A DNA stretch of 64,000 nt, taken from NCBI GenBank assembly GCA_002189035.1, contig NEEC01000013.1, forward strand, positions 434,001 through 498,000. Direction: 5' to 3'. The notes below the pieces were generated by a model. That model did no database searches. It was not told the DNA's origin and saw nothing but the letters and a program-made list of their open reading frames with translations. Of this stretch, positions 25,804-38,090 are shown piece after piece; position 1 is the first letter of the stretch; each line of letters opens with the position of its first letter. The translations under genes were made by a program, and so were the position numbers. This DNA comes from Utricularia gibba. Lineage: Eukaryota > Plantae > Magnoliophyta.

Positions 25804-25917
25804 CCAGACAGTCATATTAGTGAATTTGCATCGATTCTGTCGTTAATGTATATTGATCATCCAGACAGTCATATTGGTGAATTTGCATCGCTTCTTTCGT
25901 TAATGTATATTGATCAT
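25804..25917. repeat. 57-bp tandem duplication, 2 copies, 3 mismatches
   Basis: CCAGACAGTCATATT(A/G)GTGAATTTGCATCG...GTTAATGTATATTGATCAT at 25804-25860 and 25861-25917. Confidence 0.9.
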
Positions 25918-26959
25918 ACTTTCAAAAAGATACTCATCAAGCAACAAATTCAACCACCCACTTCTTCTAAATGTTTTTCTTTGTTTAGGCCTTTGCATTC
26001 CATTTTGAATTTTTTTGATGAAGTCCCACAACATGACCCAAAGATTAAAAATAAAATGAAACTATTGATATTATATATTTGAAGTTTGGAATTAGTTGTA
26101 GAACAAATTGAAGAAGGTATGATAAAAATTCATTAAGCATGAGGGAAGTTCATAAAACTATTTGATAAGACATATTTTATTATAATTTATATTATAAAAT
26201 TAAAATAATTAGTTTTCAAATTATGTATTTTCAATTTTAAATATTATTTTTGTTTTTTATAAAGTTGAAATAAATTGTGTATTTAATCTACACTTAGTTT
26301 TAATGCAATATTCATTAAGTTTTAAATAAAATTTAAGATCAAGATAATATCATTCTATCACAAAAATCAGCATGATATGAAACACAAAATAGTAATAAAA
26401 AAGGAAAATCAAAGCAAAAAGAAGACTTTTTCCATCAAGAATTTTAGAGGAGTCACCTATACTAGGGCATCCATTGTGTTTAACACACATTAAGTTTTTA
26501 GTGAATCATTTTTATGCTTGCTATGTGCATCATTATGTAGATTGTGTGCAATCTACTTTATTTGAAACTATAAAAGATATTGTTCCAACACCTCTTTAGT
26601 TTTTAGACATTATAGATTCATCAACAAAACAATATGATGAATTTTAAGAATCTCAAATAATGGAGATTACTTATATACTGGCTAATGATAAATGATATTG
26701 AGAAAGAACAAATTGAATGACTTTTTTTATAGTGCCACAAATATACTAGATGGGGTTCATCGTTGAATGTAATGACATATTTTCTTCTTGTACAACATTG
26801 TTCATTTTCAACACCTAATCTTCAATATTTTACATTTTTCTTATTTTTTATTTGTTTTCCTGGAAGATCACTCATCCCTAAATTACTCTAGGCTACACAC
26901 ATTTAATATTAGAATTCCTATCAAGAAAGCTCCATCATACTAGAAAAAGGTTTTTGTAT

Positions 26960-29900
26960 AAGTGATGTGATACAAAACGGATCGGGATAATTAGCCACTG
27001 AAAAAGAGCCAAAAGGTGCCCTGACAAACTGACACAGGTCAACTAACCAATACGTGTCAAAGTTTGTTAGTAGTGGCCGTTTTGGATAGTTTGAAAAGTA
27101 ATCGAATTATGGCAATGACAGAGCAATCAGTGGTTATCCGAAAGCAGGACTACAATATGTACAACAGGTGCAGAAATTAGCAGACATCTACAGAATTCAG
27201 AATTCGGTCAAACCAACCTCTTCTATAAATATAAGAAAGTCTGAAGAAGAAAGGGTTGAACTCCAAGCATTCTAACTTGCATCTTTTCTCCTTCCCTGTC
27301 TAATGAAACCATTTTCCGGCAAGCCCTGTAGTTTTTCCGTTCTCCGACGGTTTCCACATTAAAATCTCTATCTTCTTTCATCTCCGTTAGTGGCATCGCA
27401 TCACACAATATACTAAAATCTTAATCGGATATGACACGTCCGGCCATATCCCTAACCCAAAAATCGTTTCTACCTTTGTATCGATTTCCAACCACAACAA
27501 TAAGATTCATGTTATTATTTTACTTTTGAATCTCTTTCTTTCCTTTATGTGTGATTGATATGAGATTCATCTAAAGTAGTATTGACATCATTTTTTGGTT
27601 TGGCCTTATATTCGTCCTTCCTTGAAAACTCAGCGTTCTCGTTAAGGTTTGCTCCATCACCTATTAGTATTTGACACTAATATCAAATATAATGAATTAT
27701 GAACCCCTCAAACGATGTTATTAATTTAAATATTCAACCTTTGCAATTTTATATTCTCTCTATCTTTAGTATGCCTTCCCTCGAAGTCACCCATTCTAAA
27801 ATTATGATAGGAGAACACGTTTAAGTTTTGTTTCTATCAAGGAAGTTACATCATGCTTGAGAAAAGACTTTGTGCAAGATTGCACGATCATTCTATTTAG
27901 TCTATTACTAAAGTGTTATTGTCATCTTTTAGTATACAGAGACTACACTTGATGATAATATTTAATTTAGTGATGCTTGTACTTGAAAAAATTAGTAGTA
28001 ATGCATGTGAGATTTGAAGACCTTCAAAGAGTCCATATTATCACATGTGGCTCTCAAAAAGAATACATTGGTGGATAGCCTGGTTTGATTCACTGCAGCA
28101 TTTCAGGATCTAAGACAGGGAAGTATGGTAATTCGGCTACGAGACCAGCCTTCGGTAATGTTGGAAGCGGTCAATCATATCTCTCATCAAACCGCCAATG
28201 ACATCTCTCCCTAGTTGGACTGCCATGAGGACTAGATATTACCTTACGTTCAGTTTCTACAAATAGGAGAAACTCCGACCGATAAGTTGAAAGCCCAAAA
28301 ACTGGAAGTTAGGACGAAGAGATATATGCTACTTGATGGGATTCTCTATAAAAAGGCTTTTAGCAGACCCTTGCTAAGGTGTATCGGGAAATAACAATTC
28401 CAATAACTTATAATCGATCTGTATGAAGGAGAGTGCGGCAGCCATATCTGGATTTGGTCTCTATGCCGAAAGACGTTAAGGGCTGGATAATATTAGCCAA
28501 CTATGAAACATGGTATTACGAATTTGGTAAGAAGTGCAAAGCATGCCAGCATCATGCAAGCATGCCCTGAAAATCGGTAAATGATTTCACAGTTGTGCCG
28601 CTTCGATCGATGGGGATAGACATCGAAATTCCTACTACCAAATCTCGAGACGGTAAGATCATGGCCAGAAGAGGGCCTATTCGGATTGGAGAAGTGACTA
28701 AACCCATGAGGAGTTTTGATTCACATCTCTAGCAGTGGTTTGGCACGAGTAAGAGAAAACTTAGGCATGAAAACGAAAGACAGCACAATAAGAGAAACAC
28801 CAATGTGTAAAAGTAAACATTTCCCAAACCGAGAAAATAACATCCCCGACCAGGATCAAAGTTTAAACAAAACCGCAAATCGGGGCAAAAATACTCTTCT
28901 AATATCGAACAAGAAGAGCAAAAGTTTAAGGAAGAGGATAAGTTGAGGGGACAACATGCCCCTCAAGCCTTGCAGATAGCTTCACATCGTTTTCTTTCTC
29001 GATCCTCTCTTGAACAATGGCTTTCAAACATTCCTAGTCGACCTCGAACCCGAACTTCGGAGCCTTGAAGAGATCTAGATGAGCCTCCTGCATGTTCTCG
29101 TCTTTTGTAAGTGAGGAGATTTCGAAAAAACGAGGATCAGTAATCGAGAGCCCAAAAACATGAGCGAACTGACGCATCCGCCGATAAAGGAGGAGGCCAA
29201 TCAGGTTGCTGGCATATATATATCAGATAACTCCGAAAAACAAACGGAGTTGACAAAGTCATCCAATATCCTTTGCTGGGAGGACTCTTGGCTACAAAGT
29301 TCTGACTCCAAGGCCGAGATGCGACCCTTTGCATGCACCAATTCTGACTCGGTCTCTTCAAACTCAACTCTAAAACCTTCCTTTTTGGAAAGCACATCAT
29401 TGATCACCTTTCCCATTTCACTAACCACTTTCTCTAGCTCTGCCTCATGACGAGTGAGTTTCCCCAATATGGCCTTCAGGTAACTCCCCTCATCTTGAAG
29501 GAATTCTATAATGGCATCCTAGGCGGCAAGAATGGCTTGGAGTTTTGAAACTCTCTTCATAAAAGATGAACTCCCAGATCCCACTAAGTGCTGATTCTGG
29601 TTGAAACCTTGAAGGGTTTGTGATAGTCTCCTCCAAGGCTGCCCGCAGAACTTCTGTGGGGATTGGAGATCCCTCACCACACCAACAAGAGGCCTAGAGG
29701 TGGAAGGTCCATTCGAGTAGAAGTTCACTCTCTAAACCAGAACCACAGCAACATTTTGAGAAAGGTAGAGCCTTCTCTTTTCCCTTCCTGTTGGGGGGAG
29801 GTGGAGTCGGCTCCCGATTTGCAAAAATCTCTACCTCTCTATCTCTCTTTGAGAAATAGTTGACGTTTTCGGACTGTACCCCAGGTGAACCAGCCTAAAA

Positions 29901-31945
29901 GTGGAGTCAATGTTAGAGTCAGCATCCCAGAATCAAAAAAAGCTTAATGAAAAGACTAACTTGTGAATGGACCATTTCAACAAAGAAACAAGCCGCAACT
30001 AAAGCTTCCAAGGCCCTTCTCTTCATCATCTTATCGGTTGCATTGCAAAACAAGAGAACAATTAAAAAGGAAAAATCTTATAATTTGGGAAATTAGACCC
30101 CAACTACCTCTTTGCTTCTTTGATGGTTTTTGTGCGACGGTCATAACCCTTTTCTTTTTTCGAGGGAACCAGAGGTTGAGGGAGAAGGTTCAAGTTGTAA
30201 ACCGGACTATATCTGGAGATGTTGGATGAAGGGGGAACTAAAGATAAGAACTCTAAGTCAAAGCCATGAGGAATGATGAAATCGGGCAACTGCCTATCTC
30301 GGTTACGGTCGAGAATGCCGCAATTCATCATAGTCATTCGAGAGCAATGAGGCCTCGGACTTATATTGAGCACTACCTTCGTTGAGTCTCTGATATAGAG
30401 TTCTACTGATTCGGTAGAAGGCCGATAAGGATAAAAAAGCTTTACTTTGAAAGGGTTTGATGGATCTATTGGGAAGTTCCACTTAGCACCTATCAAAGGA
30501 GAAACCCAAACAAAAGAGGACCACTAATCATGGTGGATATCAGGGGCTTTGACCACAAAATCAGGGCTGTCCTCAAAACGATGAAATTGAAAATGAGTGC
30601 ATCCGTTCATTGACGGCTTAGCCTTGCGAACGTAATCTTAAAAAGCTAGAAGAAATCAACTAAGGACATGACCGGATCCATGGCTACCGAGTAAAACAAA
30701 AAGGTCGTGAAGCAGAAAATAGAATTGGTAGCTAAGTAGTAAAGTTGAATGGCGAAAGTACTAAGGAATCGGACAATCAGAGGATGTAGGAGAAATCGGA
30801 GACCGCTTTCAAGATAAGCGATCGAAATTGGTAAGCTAAAAGGAGGAAGGGGTATACCACCGACACCTCAAGGAATATCACTATCGTTAGCCCGTGTGAC
30901 CGTATACTCATTGGGAATCGAGTATCAAGATCAGATGGTGGAGGTGTTCAATTCACTAGATCTCCTAATAAACGAAAATAGAGAAACAAGAACTAAGAAA
31001 CAATGATGAATTTTATTAAGAATCCTAAATCCACACCACCATCCTTCACCTTAAGACATCCCTAGGTTCTAGCTACTCATATTTGGAAGGTAAAAAGTAA
31101 TGACATTAACATAAAATAGAGAAAATGTGAAGAACACCGTGCAAAAGTTGGTTGCAGAAACTGAAAAACATCAACAAACGAAAACAAAGTAGTAAGAATT
31201 CTAGTTTCCGTCTGCTACTGTTCCGGTCCAGGAACAATAGCGCTGAATTGGGCTCTGATGCTGTTCTTGAGGATGAAGTTCTTCTTCTCCTTTCCTGGCT
31301 CAATACTCGTTGTGTTGGGGAGAAGCCCTCTCCTCGGGTTTGCCTGTGTTCTCTTCCTTCTCCCTCCTCCAAAAATATCTTCACATCTTTTTTCCATTTT
31401 TCAAAATCAGTCTACTGTTCCTGGCATGAACCTGCAGACTGTGGACAGCCGAACAGTGCATTATGTTTCCTCTTTTAATGCTGCCCATTCTTCCAAATCC
31501 CTACATGCACGAAATTCTGTTTTGAAAAAAATCTAAAAAGTAGTCGAATTGTAGGGGACGTAGAACAGCCAACAGTTATGTGTCAGTGGGACCACATGCA
31601 TTGCCCCCAGGGGTAGAAAGCGGTTGACATCTACAGTATTCGGATGAGGTGACCCCTCCTATAAATAGGAGAATGTTTGAAAAAAAAAGGATTGGACTCT
31701 ATACACATGCCTTGTAATCTTTCTTTTTTCCTCTGTTAGTGAAACTCATTCCTCCGTTGAACTCCTTCAGCTCCGTGGTTTTTCCGTCTATTGGCAGTTT
31801 CCATATAAAAATCCTTGTCTCCATTCACTTCTTTCATCCCTGCATCAGCACGAAAAATCCAAAAACCCAATATCGGATATGGTAAAACCAGCTTCGCACC
31901 CCTAAAATCGGCATTGCTCAATAGAACTGATTTCCAACCACAACA
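26960..31945 (+). mobile_element. Degenerate Ty3/Gypsy Tat-lineage retrotransposon remnant with an antisense extra ORF
   Basis: Two LTR-like blocks both end GATTTCCAACCACAACA (27499, 31945) and each has a CTATAAATA box. Integrase zinc-binding remnants (DGILYKKAFSRPLLRCIG, HEGECGSH) at 28330-28570. Minus-strand ORF remnants at 29137-30496. Left boundary approximate. Confidence 0.65.
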
Positions 31946-31959
31946 AATTATCTTTTTAA

Positions 31960-32650
31960 TTTGTTTTTTACCTTATTTGATTAAATAAGTCTTCAGAATT
32001 ACAGATCTACTTTGTTGAGCTTTGCAAAATAAATCACAAGATATCATCAATGTTGTTCACTTGTAGGTTCTACAACTTATCTCTATAGAATTTAAGAATA
32101 TGAGAGATGATGGTTGGAAAAAAAATTTTCAAAGTTGTGAAATTTTATAAATCTAATGATATTGATATTACAAAGATAGATGATATATAGATTCTATGTA
32201 AGGGAAGTACATGTTGCCAACCTGATTATTTTACTAATGAACAAAAATTTCAGGTTGAGATTTTTTTTAATTACCTTTGACACTCAATTATTGAAGTATA
32301 GATTTAATGAAAAGGAAGTAGAGATTTTAAGGTTAATGAGTTCATTAGTTCTCTAATACAAATTTAAATCTTTAGGAACTATATTTAAATCTATGTTTCC
32401 AATTTGAATATTAACTTTAAGAGGTTTCGAGAGCATTCCGCCAGTTTTTGGCGACTTTCACTTTCAACATTCTAATTAGTTATTATTGTGATCAAATTTT
32501 CCTATGAATAATTAGACAACCCCTAGCAACTTGTTCATGTTCCACCATGGTTTGCATCTTGATTTGCTATGCTTTTTATGTTTGTATGGTTGAGTCAAAC
32601 TATGTGTTCATATGTACCATTTGTCCAAGGATCTTAGATGAATCCATACT
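31960..32650 (+). mobile_element. Possible hAT transposase 3' fragment
   Basis: EQKFQVEIF...DTQL...RFNE-like remnant in AT-rich degenerate sequence; weak. Confidence 0.3.
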
Positions 32651-34135
32651 TGCACAAGTTGTCATGTGTGACAATGTTTATTTTATTTTTTAGATGTTTA
32701 ATTCGAGTAATTTTTTATGTATTATTTTCCTTCATAAATATATTTTATAGTATAAATCTCAAAAAAGTGAGTGATAAAAATGTCAAATTAGGCCGAAAAA
32801 CCTAACAATAAATGTGTCACTTAGAAATATGTGTTTAAATATATTTCAACTTAACTTGTCAAGTAACTGTGAGAGGTTGAAGTTAGAATTGAGTGTAGTG
32901 AGATATCAGCTATTACTAAAGAACAAATAACTTCAAGTGAGTGATTAATTCTGGGATTTAAGGAACACCCATAAATTCAAGTGAACTTCAAGTGTTATGC
33001 AATTAACACGAATTGTAGTATTTTAACACAACACCCATAAAGCTTGTATAAGAAAGAGGCATTCTCAAAGTTTAATTGCAAATGCATGGGATACAAAGAA
33101 TTGGAGGAGTAGATGAAATCTATTGTTGTCATTGATTTTAAATCAATTTTTTTATCTTTTGTTGAACCTAAGTTCTTATCGCATTTTAGCTTGTTTGGCA
33201 CTTTATGGAGTTAACATTTTTTATTGTCTCTTATCCTTTGTTTGTCATTTTTTTCTTTTATAAACATCTAAAATAAATAATTTTATGTGAAGACGATTCT
33301 TTTTATGCACATGTAGAATTCTAATCCGTTAATTCCAATTATCTTGAATCCCAAATAATGAAGATAAAATAGCTTAGCACCAAAAAGTCAATAGCCTAAA
33401 AAATAGGGAAGAACATATGCTTCAAGATGGAATTATTTCTTGATGTTTTTATTGGCGGTATAGTTTTAAAATTTAAAACATAATATTAATTAGTTATAAT
33501 CGTAATATTGAAGCAAACCCTAAACTTGCGAAACAAACAAAGCAGCAAAGCCTCAAAATCTGGTATTCAAGAAATAAAGTTCCTGGGGAGGATCTTGTAT
33601 TGGCATCTATTTCCCTTGAATGAAATCTCCATTAGATCCACAAACTTTAAATCCTAATTAATGGCTCTTCGACCATCTTAAGTAGTTGCTGTCTGAAGCT
33701 CAGTGAGTAGGCTGGAAATAGCAGTTGAAATCGTTATCCTAATGGCCATGGGAGAGGCAAAACTGATGCTCTGGATCAAACATCGTCAAAAGTCTGTAAT
33801 AGTATGTGTGTACACGAATGGCTACGGATCCTGTGGGGTGGATTCCGGCCACTGGTGGTGATTTTGCTGGTACTGATGATGTATATATTCTCTCCTTCGC
33901 TAATCTCGAGCTCGTGCACACACACACACAAAAAATTCCCTTCACATTAAAGTCTTCGTCATAGTGTACTGTCAATAAAAAAATTCTAGGGAGCACCTCA
34001 ATTGTCAAATGTAGTCCCTTCACATTAAAGTCGTTTCTCATTGGATAATCCGTCAAAAGGGCTTGCATACCAACATCTTTGGCTGGCCAAGTAGGTGTGT
34101 ATATATCCTGGTTTCCGAGGAATCCTGAAGCAAAA

Positions 34136-36193
34136 ATGGCGGATGGAGAAGTGTATATGGCGTCAATCGATCAGGGAACAACCAGCACAAGGTTCATCAT
34201 CTATGACCGCGCAGCCAAGCCAATCGGGTCCCATCAAGTTGAATTTACTCAGTTCTATCCAAAATCCGGGTATGGAGTGATGCCCTTTTCTTTTTGGATA
34301 CTGTTTCTTTTATCAAAGATCACTGGGTGTTGTTCTCTCTAAGGTATCGCCGTGAAAAAATTCATCTTTTTTGGGGGGTCAATTCGATCGCCCATTTGCT
34401 TCATCTGCAGCATTTCTGGGTTGTTTTTGTTGATATGTGAAGTTGTTTTTTTGGCTGATGTGATATATAGATGGGTTGAGCATGATCCAGTGGAGATTCT
34501 GGAGAGTGTGAAATCATGCATTGCCAAGGCTATTGAAAAGGCGACTGCCGAAGGGTATCATGTCGATCGTGGATTGAAAGGTATTGGGATAACAAATCAG
34601 AGAGAAACTACTGTTATCTGGAGCAAATCCACCGGCTACCCTCTATACAATGCCATCGTTTGGATGGACGTTCGTACAAGCTCTATTTGCAGGTGAAAAC
34701 CTTGTGCAGTTTCATAAAATTAATGACATGTGGATCGTTATTGCTGTCATGTATTCTTGATTTTTTATGAAAGCTCGGCAGATTTTCTGGCTAGGTGATC
34801 TTTGTTGGTTGATGGTTTTGTATAGAAAACTTGAGAAAGAGCTTCCAGGGGGGAGAACTCATTTCGTTGAGTCATGCGGTTTGCCAATCAGCACTTACTT
34901 CAGTGCTATGAAAATCATCTGGTTGCTGGAAAATGTGGAATCTGTAAAACAAGCTGTGGAGGAAGGAGATGCAATTTTTGGAACCATAGACACATGGCTG
35001 ATTTGGAACATGACTGGGGGGAAGGATAATGGAATACATGTCACTGATGTGTCGAATGCTGCAAGAACAATGCTGATGAATCTCAAAACGCTCGATTGGG
35101 ATAAAACGACGCTGGATACTCTTGGAATCCCTGAAAAAATTCTTCCCAAAATTGTTAGCAATTCCGAGATAATTGGGAACATCGGAAAAGGTTGGCCGAT
35201 TACAGGGATCCCAATCGCAGGGTGCCTGGGTGATCAGCATGCTGCCATGGTAGGCCAGTCTTGCCGCAAGGGTGAAGCTAAGAGCACGTATGGGACAGGA
35301 GCATTCATCCTTCTCAACACAGGTGCTGAGATAATAAGCTCAAACCACGGGCTTTTGAGCACTTTGGCATACAAACTTGGGCCAAATGCTCCTACAAACT
35401 ATGCTCTCGAGGGTTCCATTGCCATAGCTGGTGCAGCAGTTCAGTGGCTCCGTGACAGTCTTGGCATAATCAAGACAGCTAGTGAGATTGAGGAGTTGGC
35501 CTTGAAGGTTGACACCTCTGGTGGAGTATATTTTGTTCCTGCATTCAACGGATTGTTTGCACCATGGTGGCGTGATGATGCTCGTGGAGTCTGCATCGGA
35601 ATCACAAGATTCACGAACAAATCCCACATCGCCCGAGCTGTGCTTGAGAGCATGTGCTTTCAGGTGAAGGATGTGATAGAATCAATGCACAAGGATGCAG
35701 GGGATCAAGGTGAGGCAAAGAACGAAAGGGGAGAATTTGTGCTCAGAGTCGATGGAGGCGCTACAGTTAACAACCTTCTAATGCAAATTCAGGTGCAGAC
35801 ATACTTCTCTGAACATTCTTTTAATTCTTACGCATAAACAGAGTCGCACTCTTTTACTTGTACAGCATAAAACTAGATGAAAACACGCTCACATTGATAC
35901 CATCATTGCATGCTTGCGCTGATCATGTGCCCTCCTTTCCCCATGGTAAGGCTGATTTGCTAGGGAGCCCTGTGTTGAGACCAGCTGACACCGAAACGAC
36001 AGCTCTTGGGGCTGCATACGCCGCCGGATTAGCTGTGGGTGTTTGGTCGGAAAGCGAGATATTTTCTTCAGGGGAAGAGGAGAAGTTCACCATCTTTAAA
36101 CCATCGATAGATGAAGCTGTGAGGAAGCAGAAGACGGACTCCTGGTGCAAAGCAGTTTCAAGGACTTTCGATTTGGCTGATCTGTCTCTTTGA
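34136..36193 (+). CDS. GLI1: Glycerol kinase (FGGY family), 521 aa
   Basis: Motifs [53 protein letters not shown] and [16 protein letters not shown]. Exons 34136-34269, 34471-34692, 34826-35792, 35951-36193 (1566 nt, in frame). Also known as NHO1/GLPK. Confidence 0.97.
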
Positions 36194-37239
36194 TACACAT
36201 TTTAATCCTTTTATCTTTTGCTTCAGTTGTTGAATAAGCTACATGAGTACTACCATGTCCGAATCCATTGTCCTTCATACGGATTGGATTAGTCATAGAA
36301 TTTCCCCGAAACACTTCTCTCATTGTATTGATGTGGAAAGACGCATTTGATAAAATTCCCGTGATTGTGGATCAAGTTGTAGACTCGTACAGCACAAAAT
36401 GAAAGCTTTTGACTGACCAAGACGGTTGCAGCGACGAGCTGGTCTGAACATTGAGAAGAAATGATGTTACTGTAGCTATTCAATTTTGCCATTCTTCTTC
36501 ATGTTTTATACGTGTGATGAGAATCTCTATCAAATACGATTTGTTGTATGTTTTTAATCTAAGTCATACTGTCATGAGTTATGATATTTTTGTGGAGATT
36601 GTATTAAAGATAACGCCAAAGTTAAGATATTGAATGTGATCTTAATATTCCAACAAATTAAGTTGAAGAAACAAATGGTAATTAAAATAAACCATTCATT
36701 TAATTGTAATGAATTTTGTGTTAATTGCTCAAAAAAATAGTTTTTTTTGCATATTTTGTAGGTAATTTTTGTAAGCTTAAGGAAGTAAATGACAACCAAC
36801 TAGAGGATAATCATGATCTTTTATTTGATAATTTGCTTGATTATGATAATAATTATGATGAATATAGAGAAGAACGAAATACTGAATATGATGAATAGAG
36901 ATAAAAAAGTATAACGAATGATACAAAAGAAATAGATCAAAAAAGTATGGTCATTGAGCTCAACCAACCTTTATTGAAAATTTAATAAGAAGGGACAAAC
37001 AAAATCTAGATAACATTCCATATTTCATACATCAAAAGATATATTTCAACAGTAAGTGATTGATTATGTACTCAAGATCGAAAGACAATTTGTTACATAC
37101 CTGGTGCAAGATAGAAAACATATTGAATTCGTTTTTATTAGTCGATTTGATCAAGATTGTAAATGGAGAATATGTTGTGTATATATAAGAAATATTCCTT
37201 ATAAATATATTGAAGATTGAATAAAAGTTAAAAATATTG

Positions 37240-37890
37240 ATGGTGCCAAAAATTGACATGCAATACAGAGATGGTGACAAAATACCATCCCTGGTAGTGT
37301 AATTCGGAGAATGAAATCGAAGATCTTGGTAGATGTTAAATCAGATACCTTGGTGGATTGGTAGGACACAACCCAAATTGGTCATGGGATACTGAATGAA
37401 AGTAGAAACTACAAATCCGGCCTTGAGCATTACAGCAACATATGTATATAAATCGGTCTCCAGCAACCGATAAAGCAGTTTGATATATGTGGGGGATAGG
37501 AATAGGATGGTGTCACACTCTAGCCGTTTTAACATAGTCTTAAAAGTAGTCGCCATATAGGAGTTTAGGACATGTGACGTTTATCCATCAATGGGACCAC
37601 ATACAAGATAAGACTAATCCTATCATGTGCAAAAAATAGCTGATATTCTGAGAAATCAGTTGACTAGGGTTCTCCTATGAATAGAAGCCCAACTCAAAGG
37701 AAACGCATCCTGCATTCTGCACTCTCTATGCCATCTTTGTAATTTTATGTCTTGTCCTTAATGAAACCCTTTCTCTGGTGAGCTCTCCCAACTCTATGAT
37801 TTTTCGTTATAGCGGTTTTTACGTAAAAATTCTGATCTCATTTCACCACTTTCTTTAGCATATTAATCATAACCCCTTCGGAGCCACTTA
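37240..37890 (+). mobile_element. Probable solo LTR remnant (Tat-like)
   Basis: Degenerate CCTATGAATAG box, then TTGTAATT, and an end GATTTACAACA resembling the Tat-like LTR ends at 27499 and 31945. Boundaries approximate. Confidence 0.4.
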
Positions 37891-37979
37891 AATAGATGAT
37901 TTACAACAAGAAATTGGACCCTTCTACTATACGATTTTTTCATCACAACAAATATAATCATTTATATTTTAAAACTTAA

Positions 37980-38090
37980 AGGTAATTACTATTCAATAAA
38001 TTAAAAAGGGATAGTTAATTTTCAATAAGAAAATTAGGATAGTTACTTTTCAAATAAATTAGTTGGGTAATGGTTACTTTTCAAAATAAT
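37980..38090. repeat. Four imperfect tandem units of about 28-30 bp (GGATAGTTACTTTTCAATAAAT-like)
   Basis: Seen directly; probably subterminal repeats of a DNA transposon remnant. Confidence 0.7.

Noticed and set aside
34872-35653. Several minus-strand ORFs inside glycerol kinase
   Set aside because: Antisense shadows of a long coding exon.
37980-38090. Repeats of about 30 bp (also 20506-20574 and 25804-25917) as a CRISPR-like array
   Set aside because: Eukaryotic context, no unique spacers, degenerate head-to-tail units and no cas genes.
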